Of a DNA stretch of 64,000 bases, positions 28,106-41,795 are shown one piece after another; position 1 is the first letter of the stretch; each line of letters starts with the position of its first letter. The DNA is from Lama guanicoe. Its lineage: Eukaryota. The stretch covers positions 4,248,071 to 4,312,070 of the forward strand of contig MU053810.1 of NCBI GenBank assembly GCA_013239625.1, given 5' to 3'. The position numbers were made by a program, and so were the translations under genes. The notes beneath the pieces were generated by a model, which saw only the letters and a program-made list of their open reading frames with translations, did no database searches and was not told the DNA's origin.

Positions 28106-28702
28106 ATTTTATTTTAGCTTTTCTAGGGAGAGAGAGAGGACCATCCCCAATCCTTGGGGCATCTTTATTCCCAGAGATGGTGAACAATTCAGCACCTGCC
28201 AGCATCTGCAATAGCACTCGTCAGGACTGTGCTTTAGCCATTGATGTTTCCGCTCTGTTCCTGGTCCAGGGTGATACTTGCTTCTTTAAAAGCCTGGCTA
28301 TGTTTTGTTGTTTGCTCTTTTTCTGTTTGGTCACATTGGCATGTGTTTAGCAAAGTGAGAGTGTGAGAAATTATGGATCTACTGTACCATTTTAACTGAA
28401 ATTTCTTTCTGCTAAGTCCTTAACTTCTTTACTAAATATTTCTTTTATCTTCTTCCTTGTCTGCCTCACCTGCTTCACCTGCCTCACCACTGGTGATAGG
28501 AAAAATCCTATGAGTGGTCACTTTCTTAAATGGAGAGCCTTTTCTTTCCCATTCTGTGTACAACTGGGTTGGTGAAGTTGGTGTCTTACCATACCACACA
28601 GCCACAAAAATTCACTTCTCCTTAATTTATATTCATCTCATTTGATACACTCCTCTCTGTCTCTTCTGGTTTTTGCCACTTACAGACCTCCTGGCCACTC
28701 CC

Positions 28703-29064
28703 TGTTATAAGTTGAACTGTGCCTCCCTCTCCAAATTCGTATGTCGAAGTCCTACACCCCACCCCCCGGTACATTAGAATGTGACTATATTTGGAGATAA
28801 GGTCTTTAAAGAGGTGAATAACATTAAATTAGGTCATTGAGGTGGGCCCTAATCCAACATTATTGATGTCTGTATAAGAAAGTGAAACTGGGACACAGAC
28901 TTACAGAGGGAAGACCATGTGAAGACACTGGGAGAAGACAGCCATCTGCCCTGCCAACACTTTGATCTTGGACTTCTAGCTTCCAGAATTGCGAGAAAAT
29001 TAATTTCCCTTTTGTAAGCCAGTGTATGGTGCTTCATTATGGCAGCCCTAGCAGACCAATAGAC
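28703..29064 (+). mobile_element. MaLR solo LTR (MLT1A/B-like)
   Basis: TGTTATAAGTTGAACTGTG..AGAATGTGACTATATTTGGAGATAAGGTCTTTAAAGAGG..ATGGCAGCCCTAGCAGACCAATA. Confidence 0.85.
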
Positions 29065-29599
29065 CCCCCTCATTCATGGAAGATTTTGGCACTTATTTCA
29101 CAGACCTCTCCACTCCCATCTTGCCTTCCTCCTGGCTGACTTCAGTGTCAGCGGAAATGGTTCTTTGAATACCCTGGTGATTTTTATTATCTTGAGGTCC
29201 TCCTTCACTCTGTTCAAACCAAGCACTCCCAAATCCATCCTCTGATTTTCACTCAGGTTAGTTTCATGTTGGAAATGACATGTTCCCCCCCACCCCCAGC
29301 ATTCTCACTCAGTCATTTTTAATATCCTGATTCTTCAACTATGTCATCATATTGGCTGTTATCCACTAGATTTTCTCCCTGATCTTCTGGGAGCTCTTCA
29401 TGACTTCCTCCTTACCTACCTTGGACTCCGTGACCCAGTCCTTCAACCAAACTCTACCAGCAGCCCGAGCCCTCTTGTTCTGCTGTCTTCCTGTTACATC
29501 TCGGCAAGTCCTAAACCTGGATGAATCTGAAAGCCTGTCTTCTCCATGTCTGCAACTGGGACACACTGTAATTGGCTTAATGATGGTTGGACATACAGA

Positions 29600-29860
29600 G
29601 ACTGTTTCCTGTTTTGCTATTATTCAATAAGACTGTGGTGAATATCATTCCCTGTACATATATATATCTTTGGGTGTTTCTCTCTGTGCTACTTAACCCA
29701 AATAAGTACCTAGCAGTATAGTTACAGGATCCAAAGGTTTAAGACTTTCAAAATACAACATCAGATTGCCTTTCACTAAGCTTGTAGTGATTTTTCATCA
29801 TTGATACATGAGAATGCATATTTCACTACAAATTTCCCAGAGTTGAGAAAAATGAATTAA
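29600..29860 (-). mobile_element. Old L1ME-like fragment immediately flanking the OLA1 retrocopy
   Basis: TTTCCTGTTTTGCTATT..TACCTAGCAGTATAGTTACAGGATCCAAAGG..AGATTGCCTTTC. Confidence 0.5.
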
Positions 29861-31629
29861 AAAAATTTTTTTTTGCTGGTTTTGTCAAATGTTTTATCGA
29901 GTGTAGACATTTGGAGTACTGTACAACATGCATTATCTGTAGATTCAAAAAGGAGCAAGACACGTTGTCCTCACTGTCAAATGTGTCAGGCTTGGCAAAT
30001 ACATGGTGGAGATTAATGAAGTATCATGAGAGTAACATGGTTCCTAAAAAGCTTCGACAATTTGGAGTAGGGTCTTAATCACATGAAAAACAAAGCTGTT
30101 CACAGTTAGTGAACTTGCATTTCATTGGGTACACAATATTTTAATTTTAAAACAAATAAAAATAATTCTGTTTGTAGAAGAGTCCCATCCCCCAACTCTA
30201 TTTGCCCCTTCAGTTTTCAGAAATTTTAATTTTAAAAAAAGCATATGCCTTTTGGAACTTGCATGTTTATCTGATCAATAATTAAAATTTATTTCTTCTT
30301 CGGTTGCTGAGGTTTATTAAACTTGAAGAAGATAATATCTCCATTTTCAACAATATAATTTCTGCCTTGTTGTCTGTACTTTCCAGCAGCCTTGACTGCA
30401 TTTTCAGAAACTTCCTCTTTAAAATCTTCGTATTTTGTTACGTCAGCCATAATGAATCCTTTTTCAAAATCTGTATGAATCGTTCCTGCAGCTTGAGGAG
30501 CCTTCGTCCCTCTCCTGATGGTCCATGCATGCACTTCATCTGTGTCTGCATTGAAGAAGTATTCTAGTTGGAGTGCTGCAAGCCCAGCCTTAATGATCTT
30601 TGGCAAAGCGCTTTGTGTCATGCTCGCTTCCAGATACTTCTGTCTCTCCGCAGCACTCAATTCTTGCAACTTGAGTCCCAAGGCCCCACTAAAAGGAATG
30701 ACCAAGGCCACTGGGTCATACTTGTCCACCCACTCTTTAATTTTTATCAACCATTTGTTTTTCTTTCTAATGTAGTCTTTTTCAGAAAGATTAACGCAGT
30801 AGACCATTGGTTTTGAAGTCAGAAATAAGTGTTTATTCAACACTTCAATCTCTGTCATTGCAATCACGATAGAAGCAAACAGGTTTCTTTTGATCTATAA
30901 CCCAAGATTTGACTTTGCACATTATGTCATATTCAGGTTTTGGTTTTTTATCTCCTCCTCTCACAGCCACTTTTTCTAGTTTATCTATAATGGGCCCAAT
31001 CATTTCCTCATCTTTAAGCTGAAGTTCTTCATGTATCATTTCTATATCTCGAATAGGATCTACACTTCCTTCAACATGCCTCATATCATCATCTTCAAAA
31101 GCACATGTTAGATGAAAGATTCCATCACAGGCACTAATATGTGACAAGAAGGCGTTTCCCAGGCCTTGCCCATTGTGAGCTCCTTTCACGAGACCAGCAA
31201 TATCCACTACATTTAGAAAGGCAGGAATTTTGCTTGCTGGCTTGTGGTACTGGCAAAGAAAGTCAGACCTTTCATCGGGCACAGGTACTCTGCTCTCATT
31301 CAGATCAATAGTGCAGAATGGGAAGTTTTCTGCTGAAGCTTGACTATTGGTTATTACATTGAAGAAGGTAGATTTCCCGACATTTGGCAATCCAACAATA
31401 CCAATTTTCAAGGAGGTTCCAAATCGTCCATCGATTGGAGGTGGTTTAATTCCATCACTTCCCTTTTTGGGAGGCATCCTGCTGGGGGCGGGCGATGACA
31501 CGGGGTCCCAGCGGCAGCAGGAGATGGGTTCTGCCAGGAGCGGGAGGCAGGAGGCGGGGAGGAAGGAGAGATCACAGGCCAGGCCCCTCTGCCAAGCAGC
31601 ACGCACAACAGCAGCAGCCCAAAAGTTTT
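29861..31629 (-). pseudogene. OLA1: Processed pseudogene of OLA1 (Obg-like ATPase 1, YchF family); ancestral CDS 31477-30289
   Basis: Intronless [17 protein letters not shown] (P-loop)..[16 protein letters not shown].. through ..[17 protein letters not shown]. The CDS spans 1189 nt, i.e. 1191 minus a 2-nt deletion at ~30853. GC-rich 5'UTR to 31620, 3'UTR, T-run 29866-29874, short TSD aaaa(a/g)tttt. Confidence 0.97.
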
Positions 31630-31799
31630 AAATTGCCTAATCAAATGACAAATGATGCCTTTCAAACATTTTCTTTCATTGCTAGGAAGAGAATAGATTT
31701 ACATGTTTTTTGACAACTTATTTTCTTGTTTTTTGTTTCATTCTATTTCAATTGTTTGGGGTTTTTTTTTTCCATTAATTTTGTAAAAAATATTTTTTT

Positions 31800-32420
31800 C
31801 TCATTAATTGTTTGATATATTGTTGACTCAAGACTTTCTTAACTCATAAATGTTCTATTATGAGTTTGATTATTTGTTTCAATAATCTACTATTAACTCT
31901 TACTTCATCTTTAGGACTACCAATTACACATACACAAGGAATTTTTTCCATTTCATATTTGTCATGCTCTTTATCATTATATTTATCTCGATCCTTTCCC
32001 TCTATATTCTGTAAGAGCATCTCAATTTTTTCATATTTCTTCAATTTTTCTACATTTTTAATTAACTTTCAAAATAATTTTGGAGCAGATTTTTAATTCT
32101 GCCAGTACATTTCTAATTTTCTTATAATATCTCCGTATTTTATCTAGTTCCCTGTTCTTCTCTTCCTCTGTCTTGAACACCTTCTTATTAGTCTCTTGCT
32201 GTCTTACTACTTTCTTTTCTTTCTTCACAGCCTGCTTACACTGGGGAAACACAAAGCTCTATTGCTGACAATCTTATAACTCTTGTAGACTTTTTCTTAA
32301 GCAGGTAATTATTCTTCATCTTAAATATGACATTTCCCTCCTTTTGGGGTCGCAGGCTGTTTTCTCTTTATTTTATTTCATTTTTCCCGTTTGTTCATCT
32401 TTAATGAATGAGTCTGCATT
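31800..32420 (-). mobile_element. Very old L1/HAL1 ORF1-region remnant
   Basis: T-rich tract; minus-strand K/E-rich fragments including the ORF1-like motif VIGSPKDE. Confidence 0.5.
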
Positions 32421-34789
32421 TATCAAGATACAGGGCAAGTGAATTCTCTCTGATGTCCCTCACTGTCCACCTGGTTGTGGTTAGAATTTCTCTCTCACAT
32501 AATAACAGCCTGGATTATTTCATACAGATTGTTTTCTAATTTCCTGAGTCTGATGGTCATTTATATACAGAATGACTGCTGCTCATGCCACAAATCTAAT
32601 ACATCTTTATTTTCTCTTGCTTTTACCTCCTGTATATATAGTTAGTTCCCGTCTGGAGGTCAATCCTTGTCTGTTCTGGAGAATTGCATGGTTCCATAGT
32701 AGACTATTTTGTGAACAAGAGGGTTACCTTTGTCATTGTAAGCTGGAGATGCTGAAATTGTTTGCGGCCACCGCATAATTGAGGTCACCCTGACTAATAC
32801 ATTATATGTCAGTTTATAATTACACATTCCTTTCAGTTCTTAATTTTTAAACCATTTTTTAATTGAAGTATAGTTAATTTACAGTGTTATTTTAGTTATT
32901 AATTTACTGTCATCCTTTAAGTTGTTAGGTTGAGTAGTGGAGAAATTGTGTCCATTTTTTGTATCTCAGGAACCTGACATGTAAAAGGTACTTAAAAGTA
33001 TATGTTGGATGAATGAATAAATCAAAGGATTATCTAAAGCTTAATGTTACTGTTAACAGTTCCTCACATAGCTTGCCATAAGTGTTGTTAGAACAGATGA
33101 ATAAAGAAGTTGATTTTTTGCTCTAATTTTTGGTTTTTATCAATGAAATATATAAATCTTCAATTGAGAAATAGGAACTAATGCTGGAAATAAGCTAGAA
33201 GCTGGCATTGAGCCGTATCTTCTGGGAACCAGTTGTCATTTATACACGCAGTCACCCTCCATCCAAATTCTGATGTATAAGGCGCTTCAGTAGAAATTAG
33301 TTCCATGGAAAATTCTTTGCTCAACTTCTCCTCAGGGCAAGGATCCTGGATCTGTGTAGAAATAAGGGGAAGTGAGGCAGTTGCTCCAAAATCTCCTAGA
33401 GTAGCACTTGGGTAACAGTGTTGCTCCACTGATCCTTACCAAGGAACATTCTGAAAGTTCATCTAGGGATAGTATTCTCCTAAACACAGCTGAGCTTCAC
33501 ACCTCACTAACTGCTTAACAGTTGCTCTCACTGGATTTTTTTTTTTAAATCCTTTCACCTCTCTGGCTAATTCAACTCTTATTCCCTAGATTGACCAGAA
33601 GACTTTCTGTTCCAACCCATTCTCATTTGTAATGACCTAAGGTCTTCCAATGTGACTGTCTCCTGGTTGACCTGCTCTGTTCCCTCAGGAGTCCTCTACC
33701 AATTTCCAGGCACTTATAAACATCCATCCATCCAACAGACACATTGCAATCTTACTTGCTTTGTAATCTGAATAACCTGTAAATCCATCCTTCAGAGTCT
33801 GCTGTGAATTTTTTACTGTGTGTTCAAACCTGGAGGCTATTTTTAAACAGAATTTACAAAATGAACTTTGCAAAATGAGGTGGACCAAATTCTAGCATTT
33901 ACCACAAGTAAATGCCTGAAAGTCCATTCCATTAAAGAGTTTTTAATTAAAAAGAACAACCCACAGGTGCCTCATTGTTCTAGTTTACAGGATAATTCAG
34001 CAGCCTTTAGAGTTAACAGAAGAGTTTGCTCCATGGTTAATGTCCTCTGGACAAAATTAACCCTGGCAAAGAGCTGTGCTGGCCATTAGAGGCTAAGGTA
34101 ATTTTGTTTGAAGTGCCACCAGCTCCTTACTTTCATTTTTGTTAAGTCTCCCAGAATAGCAAAGAAAAGAGTAATCATGGCCTCAATTCTTTTATTTCCT
34201 CTGAAACTATTTTATTATGAATTTCAAAGAATGCCAGCTAACAATACCACAGTAGGGGAAAAAACAGATGCAGAAGTGTAACCAGGGATAGGATAATTTT
34301 CCTCTTCACTGCTAAGCTGGGCTCTTCGTGAAGGAAGGGACAAAGAGTAACTTGCCTTCACGGGCCCTCTTCCTGATAGAGCACATCAAATGTAGTAGCC
34401 TTTCAGTTAATGTTGGTTGAAAGAAATTCACGTAAGATTTTGCTGCACTTTTGATTAATAAATTATGATCTCAGAAGGGGAACCCAACACCTTAGTAGCT
34501 TATGGTGGACTTCAAGGGTCAGTAAATTTTATTCCTCAGACTACAAGAGTTTTCTCTGTTGCTTCTATTGAACATATATTGTCCAACAGAGCTGATTAAT
34601 TATATATTAGAGTAAAATGGACAGGACTGAATAGGAGGCCAGAGATAGGAGAATCAAAGGGTCAATTAAAGAAAGCGTTTGCTAGAAGCAAAGCTCTGTC
34701 ATTAATCATGATGATCTTTAGCTGTAATTAAAACTACTTTGTAGCTTTATTTGTGCCTCTGCCTTAGAGAAGATAGACATCCCCAAGCC

Positions 34790-34932
34790 TGTGCCTGCAT
34801 CAGAATCACCTAGAGAGTGATGGGTGCAGGTGAAAGGTATTGAATCAAAAGATTTCAGGGCTGAGACCCAGGAATCTGCATTTCACAAGTGGTTCATGTG
34901 TTTCTGATACACAGCTTCTTAGGAAACCACAC
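34790..34932. mobile_element. MER5A-like MITE
   Basis: TGCATCAGAATCACCTAGAG..CCCAGGAATCTGCATTTCACAAG. Confidence 0.7.
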
Positions 34933-35017
34933 TGCTTCTAGGAATTCCCACTATGAGTGGCATGCCACGCCTTCCCCTTTAGGGAAGGAATGGGGAGTCT
35001 TTTCTCAGGAACTTCAC

Positions 35018-35468
35018 ATTGATGGATGAATGGATAAAGAAAATGTTTTACACACACACACACAATGGAATATTCTTCAGCCATAAAAGAAGAAAGAAAT
35101 ATTGCCATTTAGGACAACATGGACAGATCTTGAAGGCATTATGCTAAGTGAAATAAGTTAGTTAAAGACAAATAACATATGATCTCACTTATATATGAAA
35201 TCTTTTGGAAAAAAAAAAAGTCCTGGGAATGTAACGTACAGCATGGTGACTATAGTTAAAAATGCTATATTAGGTATTTCAAAATTACTAAGAGAATAGA
35301 CCTTAAAAGATCATATTATAAGAAAAAATTCTGAAAATATGTGAGGTGATGAATGTTAGCCTTTTAGTGATTATTTTGAAATGTATATAAATACCCAGTT
35401 ATTATGTTGTATACTTGAAACTAATATAATCTTGTATGTCAGTTATATCTGAATAGGAAAAAAAAAGA
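35018..35468 (+). mobile_element. L1MA9-like 3' end, internally deleted
   Basis: GATGGATGAATGGATAAAGAAAATG..GCATTATGCTAAGTGAAATAAG..CAGCATGGTGACTATAGTT. Confidence 0.8.
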
Positions 35469-36821
35469 AATTTACAAAGAATCCATTGTTCTACGTTGGA
35501 AGAGAAAAGCAATTGATTTGACTGATGTACAGGGAAAACCATAGATATGGTAACAATTCTTCTGATGTAAAAGTTAAGGACGGGGAAAATAAAATTTTAT
35601 TAAGTGTATATCTAAAAACATTTTAAACATTTAAATCTGGTTCAAAGAAGGGGGTAGTTCAAAAGGCCTCAAGCAGGAGACAACAGAGAGGAGGCAGAGC
35701 CAGAGAACCAGGATGAACTAGAAGCGTGCTTAGTAATTTTCCCTCGGGTGCAGCGGGAAAAAGCAATCAGAGAAGGATTGCCCTGACCTGTCAAGGAGGG
35801 GTGGCCAGGCCAGCTCCGTCTTCTTCCGGCTTCTCCTATGATCCAGTGGGAGAAGCTGGGTTCTGTGACAGCATAGACTTGAGTTTGTGAGGTTTTCTGG
35901 GGAAAGTAACGTCTCTTCCTGTTTCATTTTCCTCTCCTGAAAAATGAGAGGGATGGAGAAGGGCTGTGATTTTCAATTTGGCGTGAGAATCTATGCTTCT
36001 AAGTCAGCATTTTAATATTATCACGAGAAAACCAATATGATGGCAGCCGTAATTCTAGTGACCGTTGGTTGGAAAATTGATGATTCTGAAAGAGTGATAC
36101 ACTTAGAACTATATAAAATTTCATTTTATTTCCCACAACAGCATCAGCATCTGTATACATTTTCAGAGTAGTTGTAGGTACATGTTTAGGAAAGGTAGCA
36201 GTCTTTTTCCATAAGTCCTGGTATATATGAAATGTCACTTTTTAAAAACTACTTAAATCTGGCTCTGAATATCACAAAAAATGATTTTGTCAGTATAGTA
36301 ATTTATCTAATTTCTGTCATTACGGGGGCTCCCCCTTCAATCCTGGGACCCTCTAATTTTTACCCCACACTGATTACTCCTGAAACATTGTCCAAAACCA
36401 CTTGATCTTTTTACTGTTGCCTCCTTTGCTGGTTGTCTGGGCGTGGTCATCTTTGCCGAGTCTAAAAGTCCTGGTTGTCGGATGAATGATGTACCATCCC
36501 AGACATGCCAGATGTCCTAGAAAACTAGAAAATTCCCTGCTCCATTGATTCTATTGCTCCTTCCAGTCTCCTGGACAATCTCAAAAGGATTTCATCACTT
36601 TTTCAACATGGAAAAACCTTCCTTTCTTTGATTTTAAGTTTCCATCTCTCTCCCCTACTCTTAATTCCTCCAAAGATCTTTAGGATTTCAGAAAATAAAA
36701 TACAGGGAGAAATTCAGACTTATTCTGAGCCAGTGTTGCACAAATGAACCTGAATACTCTCTTGGAAAGGAGAAGGGAACACAACTATTTTCAATATATT
36801 ATAGTTTATTTCTTTTCCTGT

Positions 36822-37020
36822 CTTTTTTTTTAATTGAAGTATTGTCAGTTTCCAATGGTGTGTTAATTGCCAGTGTACAGCACAGTGATTCAGTTACACA
36901 TATATATATATATTCCTTTACATCTTCTTTTTTCATTATAGGCTATTATAAGGTATTGAATGTAGCTCCCTGTGCTATACAGTAGGACCTTGTGATTTAT
37001 CTATTTTATATATAGTAGTT
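36822..37020 (-). mobile_element. Short artiodactyl-type L1 3' end
   Basis: TTTTTAATTGAAGTATTGTCAG..CCCTGTGCTATACAGTAGGACCTTG; flanked by the direct repeat AATATATTATAGTT (36793-36806, 37021-37034). Confidence 0.8.
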
Positions 37021-38757
37021 AATATATTATAGTTGAAAATGTAATGAGTGCATATGGATGTGTTTGTGTATATGTGTGTGTGTGTGTTATGTATGAGGTT
37101 TGTTACATGTATGGATTCACAGTTCCTTTGTTATGACAACGGCATGAAGCCCATGGATTAGCACGAAGCCATCTGGATTAGAGAATATGTAAGATTCATT
37201 CCAGCTCTATTGTTTAGTGCTTCCTGGATCTCTTGGCCTTTGGTATTGACCTTGATTAATAGCTGTGGCCACTTACAGCTTCCAGCAGTAGGCACTAAGC
37301 TCTCAATGTGTCATGACATGAGCAACTTTGGATGGAATTGTCATTATTGGTTGGTGGCTTGGTTTTCTAACTTGAGGTGTGATAAAAAATATATTCAGAA
37401 TCATATTTGGAAAAATAATGGCATAACTTTCCACTAACTCCATGCCTTGGGCCATCCTTTCTCTGGTGCCCAAGGGGTAAACACTGTCTGCAACAGTCAG
37501 ACTGTAGCTGTAGTGATAGGTGGAGTTCCTCCACATATAAGCAGCTGTGTGTCGATATTTCACGTTAAAATCTCAACTTTATTACTTTTGGCCGTGGCGG
37601 GTTGCAAAGCTTTCATTCCAAAAAACAAGTACGATGTGTACTTCAGACAAGGTTGTATGGTTTCAGAAGAATTTCTAAATATACAACTTTACAACATTGT
37701 ACAGATGGGTTTATTAGCCTTATAAAAGCATCCCTGTGTTCAGACTGAAATGTCTAAAATGATTTTACTGTGATTTTGGGGGGCAGCCAGTGTAAGAACA
37801 ATTACTCAGGGTCACAGCCATGTAAGACTTTGGCTTCTGAATTAGAATATCATGTAGACTTTCAAAGGCATATGTACCCACTGCCATTTGCTCATTTGGC
37901 TAGTGGCATCTGCAGCCATGGTGCTGAATGTCGCTTGTCTAAGTGTAAGAGGGGTGACAGTGAGCAGGAGGATCCACGTACACCAGCAGCTCCGCCTCTC
38001 CCATCACTGACTTCCTCAGCCTCTTCTTCCTCATGGGGAGCAGCTACAGGCTGGGGCTCACAGCCTGGGGCAGGGCCCTTCTGGCTTCTTGCTTTGTTCT
38101 TTCTGACTTTCTCTCCCCTCACACAGCTGAGCTAGAGACATACACTTGACACTAAACTCTAATCCACCTTAATGGTGAGATATTTAAAACTTTATACTTC
38201 TGGTTTCCTAGGCGATAATTCAACATCATTCTTCCTTACTTCCAAACTACTTGAAAACTTTTCCATTTTGCTTTTCCGTATTCTTTTTGGTGTGTTTCCA
38301 CTCCATAACGCCCCCATCAAAGCTGACAGGATTCCCTTGCCTCTTGTAAAAAGTATATCACTTAATGGCATTAGTATTACACATAGTCGTGGAATATCTA
38401 CATGCAGGACAAACCATGTTTAAAAATAAATATATTAAACAAAGAGTTTTGGAGTTAAAATTGTTATTCTAAATACTTCCTCTGTTCCTTTATTTATAAA
38501 TAATTGAAGCATCCATTAAAAAAAACTATTCAAGTACATTGCTGCTGTAGTAATAATAAAATAAAGGAATTTTTATAGTGCTAACCATGCAGATGGTAAC
38601 TGTCTCCATGGTGTGCTTTCGACTCGCTATGAACAAAGGAGAGGTCAAGAAGCGTCACATTTTAAAAAATGTTCTCTTGTATCTTTTTTTCTGGGAAATA
38701 GCTCATTTTTCCTGGGCTATAGATGGAACCTGACACTTAAAAGTTTTTGGTAAGGAC

Positions 38758-39118
38758 TGTAGACTGAATGTTTGTGTTCCCCCAAAGTTCGTATGTTGAA
38801 ACCCTATCCCCACTGTGATGGTATTAGGAGGTGGGAGGGGCTTTGGTGATTAGATCATAGAAGTGGAGCCCCCATCAATGGGATTAGTTCCAAGAGATTT
38901 AAGAGATTCCAGAGAGCTCCCTTGTTCCTTTGGCCATGGAAGGACATATGGAGCAGAAGACCGTCTATGAACCAGGAAGCGGACCCTTACTAGACACCAA
39001 GTCTGCCAGCAATTTGACCTTGGATTTCCCAGTCTCCAGGAACTTGAGAAATAGACATTTGTTGTTTACCCACCCAGTTTATATTATGTTTGTTATAGCA
39101 GCCCTGACAGACTGGCAG
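38758..39118 (+). mobile_element. MaLR solo LTR (MLT1A-like)
   Basis: GACTGAATGTTTGTGTTCCCCCAAAGTTCGTATGTTGAAACCCTA..TTTGTTATAGCAGCCCTGACAGACT. Confidence 0.85.
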
Positions 39119-39244
39119 TAGAAATAACACAGGCATGAAACCTGCATGAGGAAAAGTAGACTTTGTGACATTTCACGTTAACTTGGATTGAATGACACTC
39201 ACAGACACTGGCTGTTTCTGGTAGTCATTTTATGGACTATGAGC

Positions 39245-39530
39245 AGTGAGGTAAGCAGAACAGAGTCCAAAGACCTCCATGCTCTAATCTCTGGAAGCTG
39301 AATTTGTCACATCATGTGGCAAAGCAGACTTTGTGGATGTAATTAAGGTTACAGACCTTAAAATAGGGATGTTATCCTGGATTGTTTGAGTGTGACCAGT
39401 CTAATCACATGAATCTTTAAGATCAGAAAACTTCTCCAGCAGAAAGGGAGGTCAGAGAGGGTCAAAGTTTGAGAAGGACTCCACCTGCCATTTCTGGCTT
39501 TCCAAGGAAATAGAATTTGTGAGAGGAGAG
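39245..39530 (+). mobile_element. MLT1D/E-like LTR fragment
   Basis: GGCAAAGCAGACTTTGTGGATGTAATTAAGGTTACAGACCTTAAATAGGG. Confidence 0.65.
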
Positions 39531-40976
39531 ACCATGAGAGATGAGATGGAGGCTGAATTATGACAGATATCTGATTGCCCCTTGTTTGTGGAAGAGCTCC
39601 ATTCTAGCAGTGTTGACCCCAAAACACATTCCATAAAGCATACTCTGCACCCATGACAGTGCCTGATAAAACTGCAGGTGTGTTTCCATGGGGAAAACTT
39701 ATTACAACAAGTTAAAATGGAGACCAGTCACTCTTTTTCTGGTTATCCTGGAACTCCACCACCGAAGCCTTTGAAGAATTATACTCTGCACCTAGAAAAT
39801 AATGGTTCATTTATACACCTCCCACAGCCATGATATCTCCTCTGCTATTGGCTGCTTTCCTTCTACCAGATGTCTGGCCCCCTCTTCTATAAAGAGGGGT
39901 CTTAGATCATTTTCCTTTATGTCCTCTAATTATTTATACTAGTGACCAGTGGTGACACCAAAGATAAAATCAAGATGTTTTAGTGAAGACTCATAATGTG
40001 CTGAAGAGAGAGAAAAGAAGTGTAGAACAGAAAGCTCATTGGTGCCTGCTGACCTCAGAGTCAAACACTTGCTCCCACACAGGAGACACTGGTGGTCTAT
40101 ATTTGTAGAACAATTTACCAAACATTTCCACATCCATTAAGGGGTAGAATCTTTGTAACAACATAATGAGCTTTTACCCCATTTTATGGAAAGAAACTGA
40201 GAGGTTTCTGAGAGGGCAAGGGAATTGCCGAAAGCCACACAGCTTTAATAAGTGACAGGACTGAGTCTTTGGACCCCAAGCCCAATGTTCTTTTCCAGTA
40301 CCCTCTTGTTGCTCTAGACTGTCCCTCAGATTGCTCTGTGTTATAGACAGGTCCCCAGATAACCATGAAAATTTCAAGGAGCAAATGTATTATTATCCAC
40401 ACATTTATTGATGCTTGCATCATAGTAAGCTAGTTTTCTTTCCTCTAGGGAAGCTAACTCTGAAAAAAAAAACCTGATTTGTTCTTCTAAAATCAACAGA
40501 ATGTGGTAGAGGAGGAAGAGGTGGGTGGCTTCATGAGGAGCCTTGTGATAATAGAGCTGTTCAGTACCTTGAATGAGATGGTAGTTACATGAACCAGCAC
40601 GTGTGATAAAACTGTATAGAAGGTAATACACCCACACCCACTAATGAGTACAAGTAAAAGTGTGAAAATTGGAATAAAATCTATGGATTGTATCAAAGTA
40701 AAAAAAAATTGTTTTGAACCCTCCAGAGAACTGATTGTCTCCACAGGACTTCCTCTTTCAATCTTCCTTCACCTGCTGTCTTCAGATGAAACATTACTCA
40801 TTCCTCACTTACCCGTCCCTGCTTACAAATCCAAGTTCCTGTCCTCTTCCCCCCAAGTCTCACTCGAATCTCTTCACTTGTACAAAGTGTTTTCTGGTTG
40901 ACCTCAACCCACTGTCTATTCTATAAGGCTCATGTGCTGTTTTTGCACTATGTTAACCTGTGCTGACTTGAGTACT

Positions 40977-41013
40977 GTGTGTGTGCATGTGTGTGTGTGT
41001 GTGTGTGTGTGTG
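40977..41013. repeat. (TG)n microsatellite
   Basis: Interrupted TG run. Confidence 0.9.
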
Positions 41014-41084
41014 CACACATTATAGACATCCAATTACATTGTGGGCTTTGTGGAAGAGGTACACTTCCTTCCCACGTTATTTCT

Positions 41085-41262
41085 TCTTTTTTTTAAATAA
41101 AGTGTTTTTTAAAGTTTATTTTATTTATTTATTTTTTGGTGGGGGAAGGTAATTAGGTTTATTTAGTATTTATTTATTCTTAGAGGCGGTACTGGGGATT
41201 GAACCCAGGACCTCATGTATGCTAAGCATGCACTCTACCACTTGAGCTATACCTCCCTCCCA
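41085..41262 (-). mobile_element. Vic-1-like SINE
   Basis: GGTAATTAGGTTT..GGGGATTGAACCCAGGACCTC..CTCTACCACTTGAGCTATACC; TSD c(g/a)ttatttct at 41075-41084 and 41264-41273. Confidence 0.9.
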
Positions 41263-41279
41263 TCATTATTTCTGAATTC

Positions 41280-41795
41280 CTTTAACGAAGCTTTATTGAG
41301 CTCCTGTCATGTATGAACAACTGCTCCAGTTACTGGAGGTCTTACCAGGAACAAAAGCAAAGCCCCTCTTCTCTAGGAGCTCATGTTTGATGCTGGAAGG
41401 CAAACACTAAACAAGTAACTGTATAGTGATGGCGATGACGGCTAAGACGAAAACTAAAGCAAGAAGAGTGACTGCAAATGACCGGGGGTGGAAAGAGTGC
41501 TGTTTTGGGTAAGTTGATCAGGGAAGGCTCTGACCAGCAGACGTGACAGAGTAGTGGTCCAGGCTGAGGGCACAGGAGAGTGTGCTGCCCCCCAGGCAGG
41601 AGAGTGTGTATGTTGGGAACAGCAAGCAGGCAGGTGAGCCTGGAGCACAGTTGCTCGGGGGAGATTGGCAGGTGATACAACCAAAAGGGTAGGTGGGGGC
41701 TGGGTCAGATAGGACCTTGTAGGTAAACATAAGGATTTTGTTTCTTTCTTAGAGAGCTGAGGAGCCTTTGGAGGGTTTTAAGCAGAGGCAAGTCA
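41280..41795 (-). mobile_element. L2 3' fragment
   Basis: TTTATTGAGCTCCTG..GATCAGGGAAGGCTCTG..GGAGCCTTTGGAGGGTTTTAAGCAGAGG. Confidence 0.75.

Noticed and set aside
30845..30870. Programmed ribosomal frameshift joining the two OLA1 ORFs
   Set aside because: No slippery heptamer or stimulatory structure; fully explained by a 2-nt deletion
31478..31606. 43-aa N-terminal extension of OLA1
   Set aside because: GTG-start read-through of a GC-rich 5'UTR; the true start is the ATG at 31477
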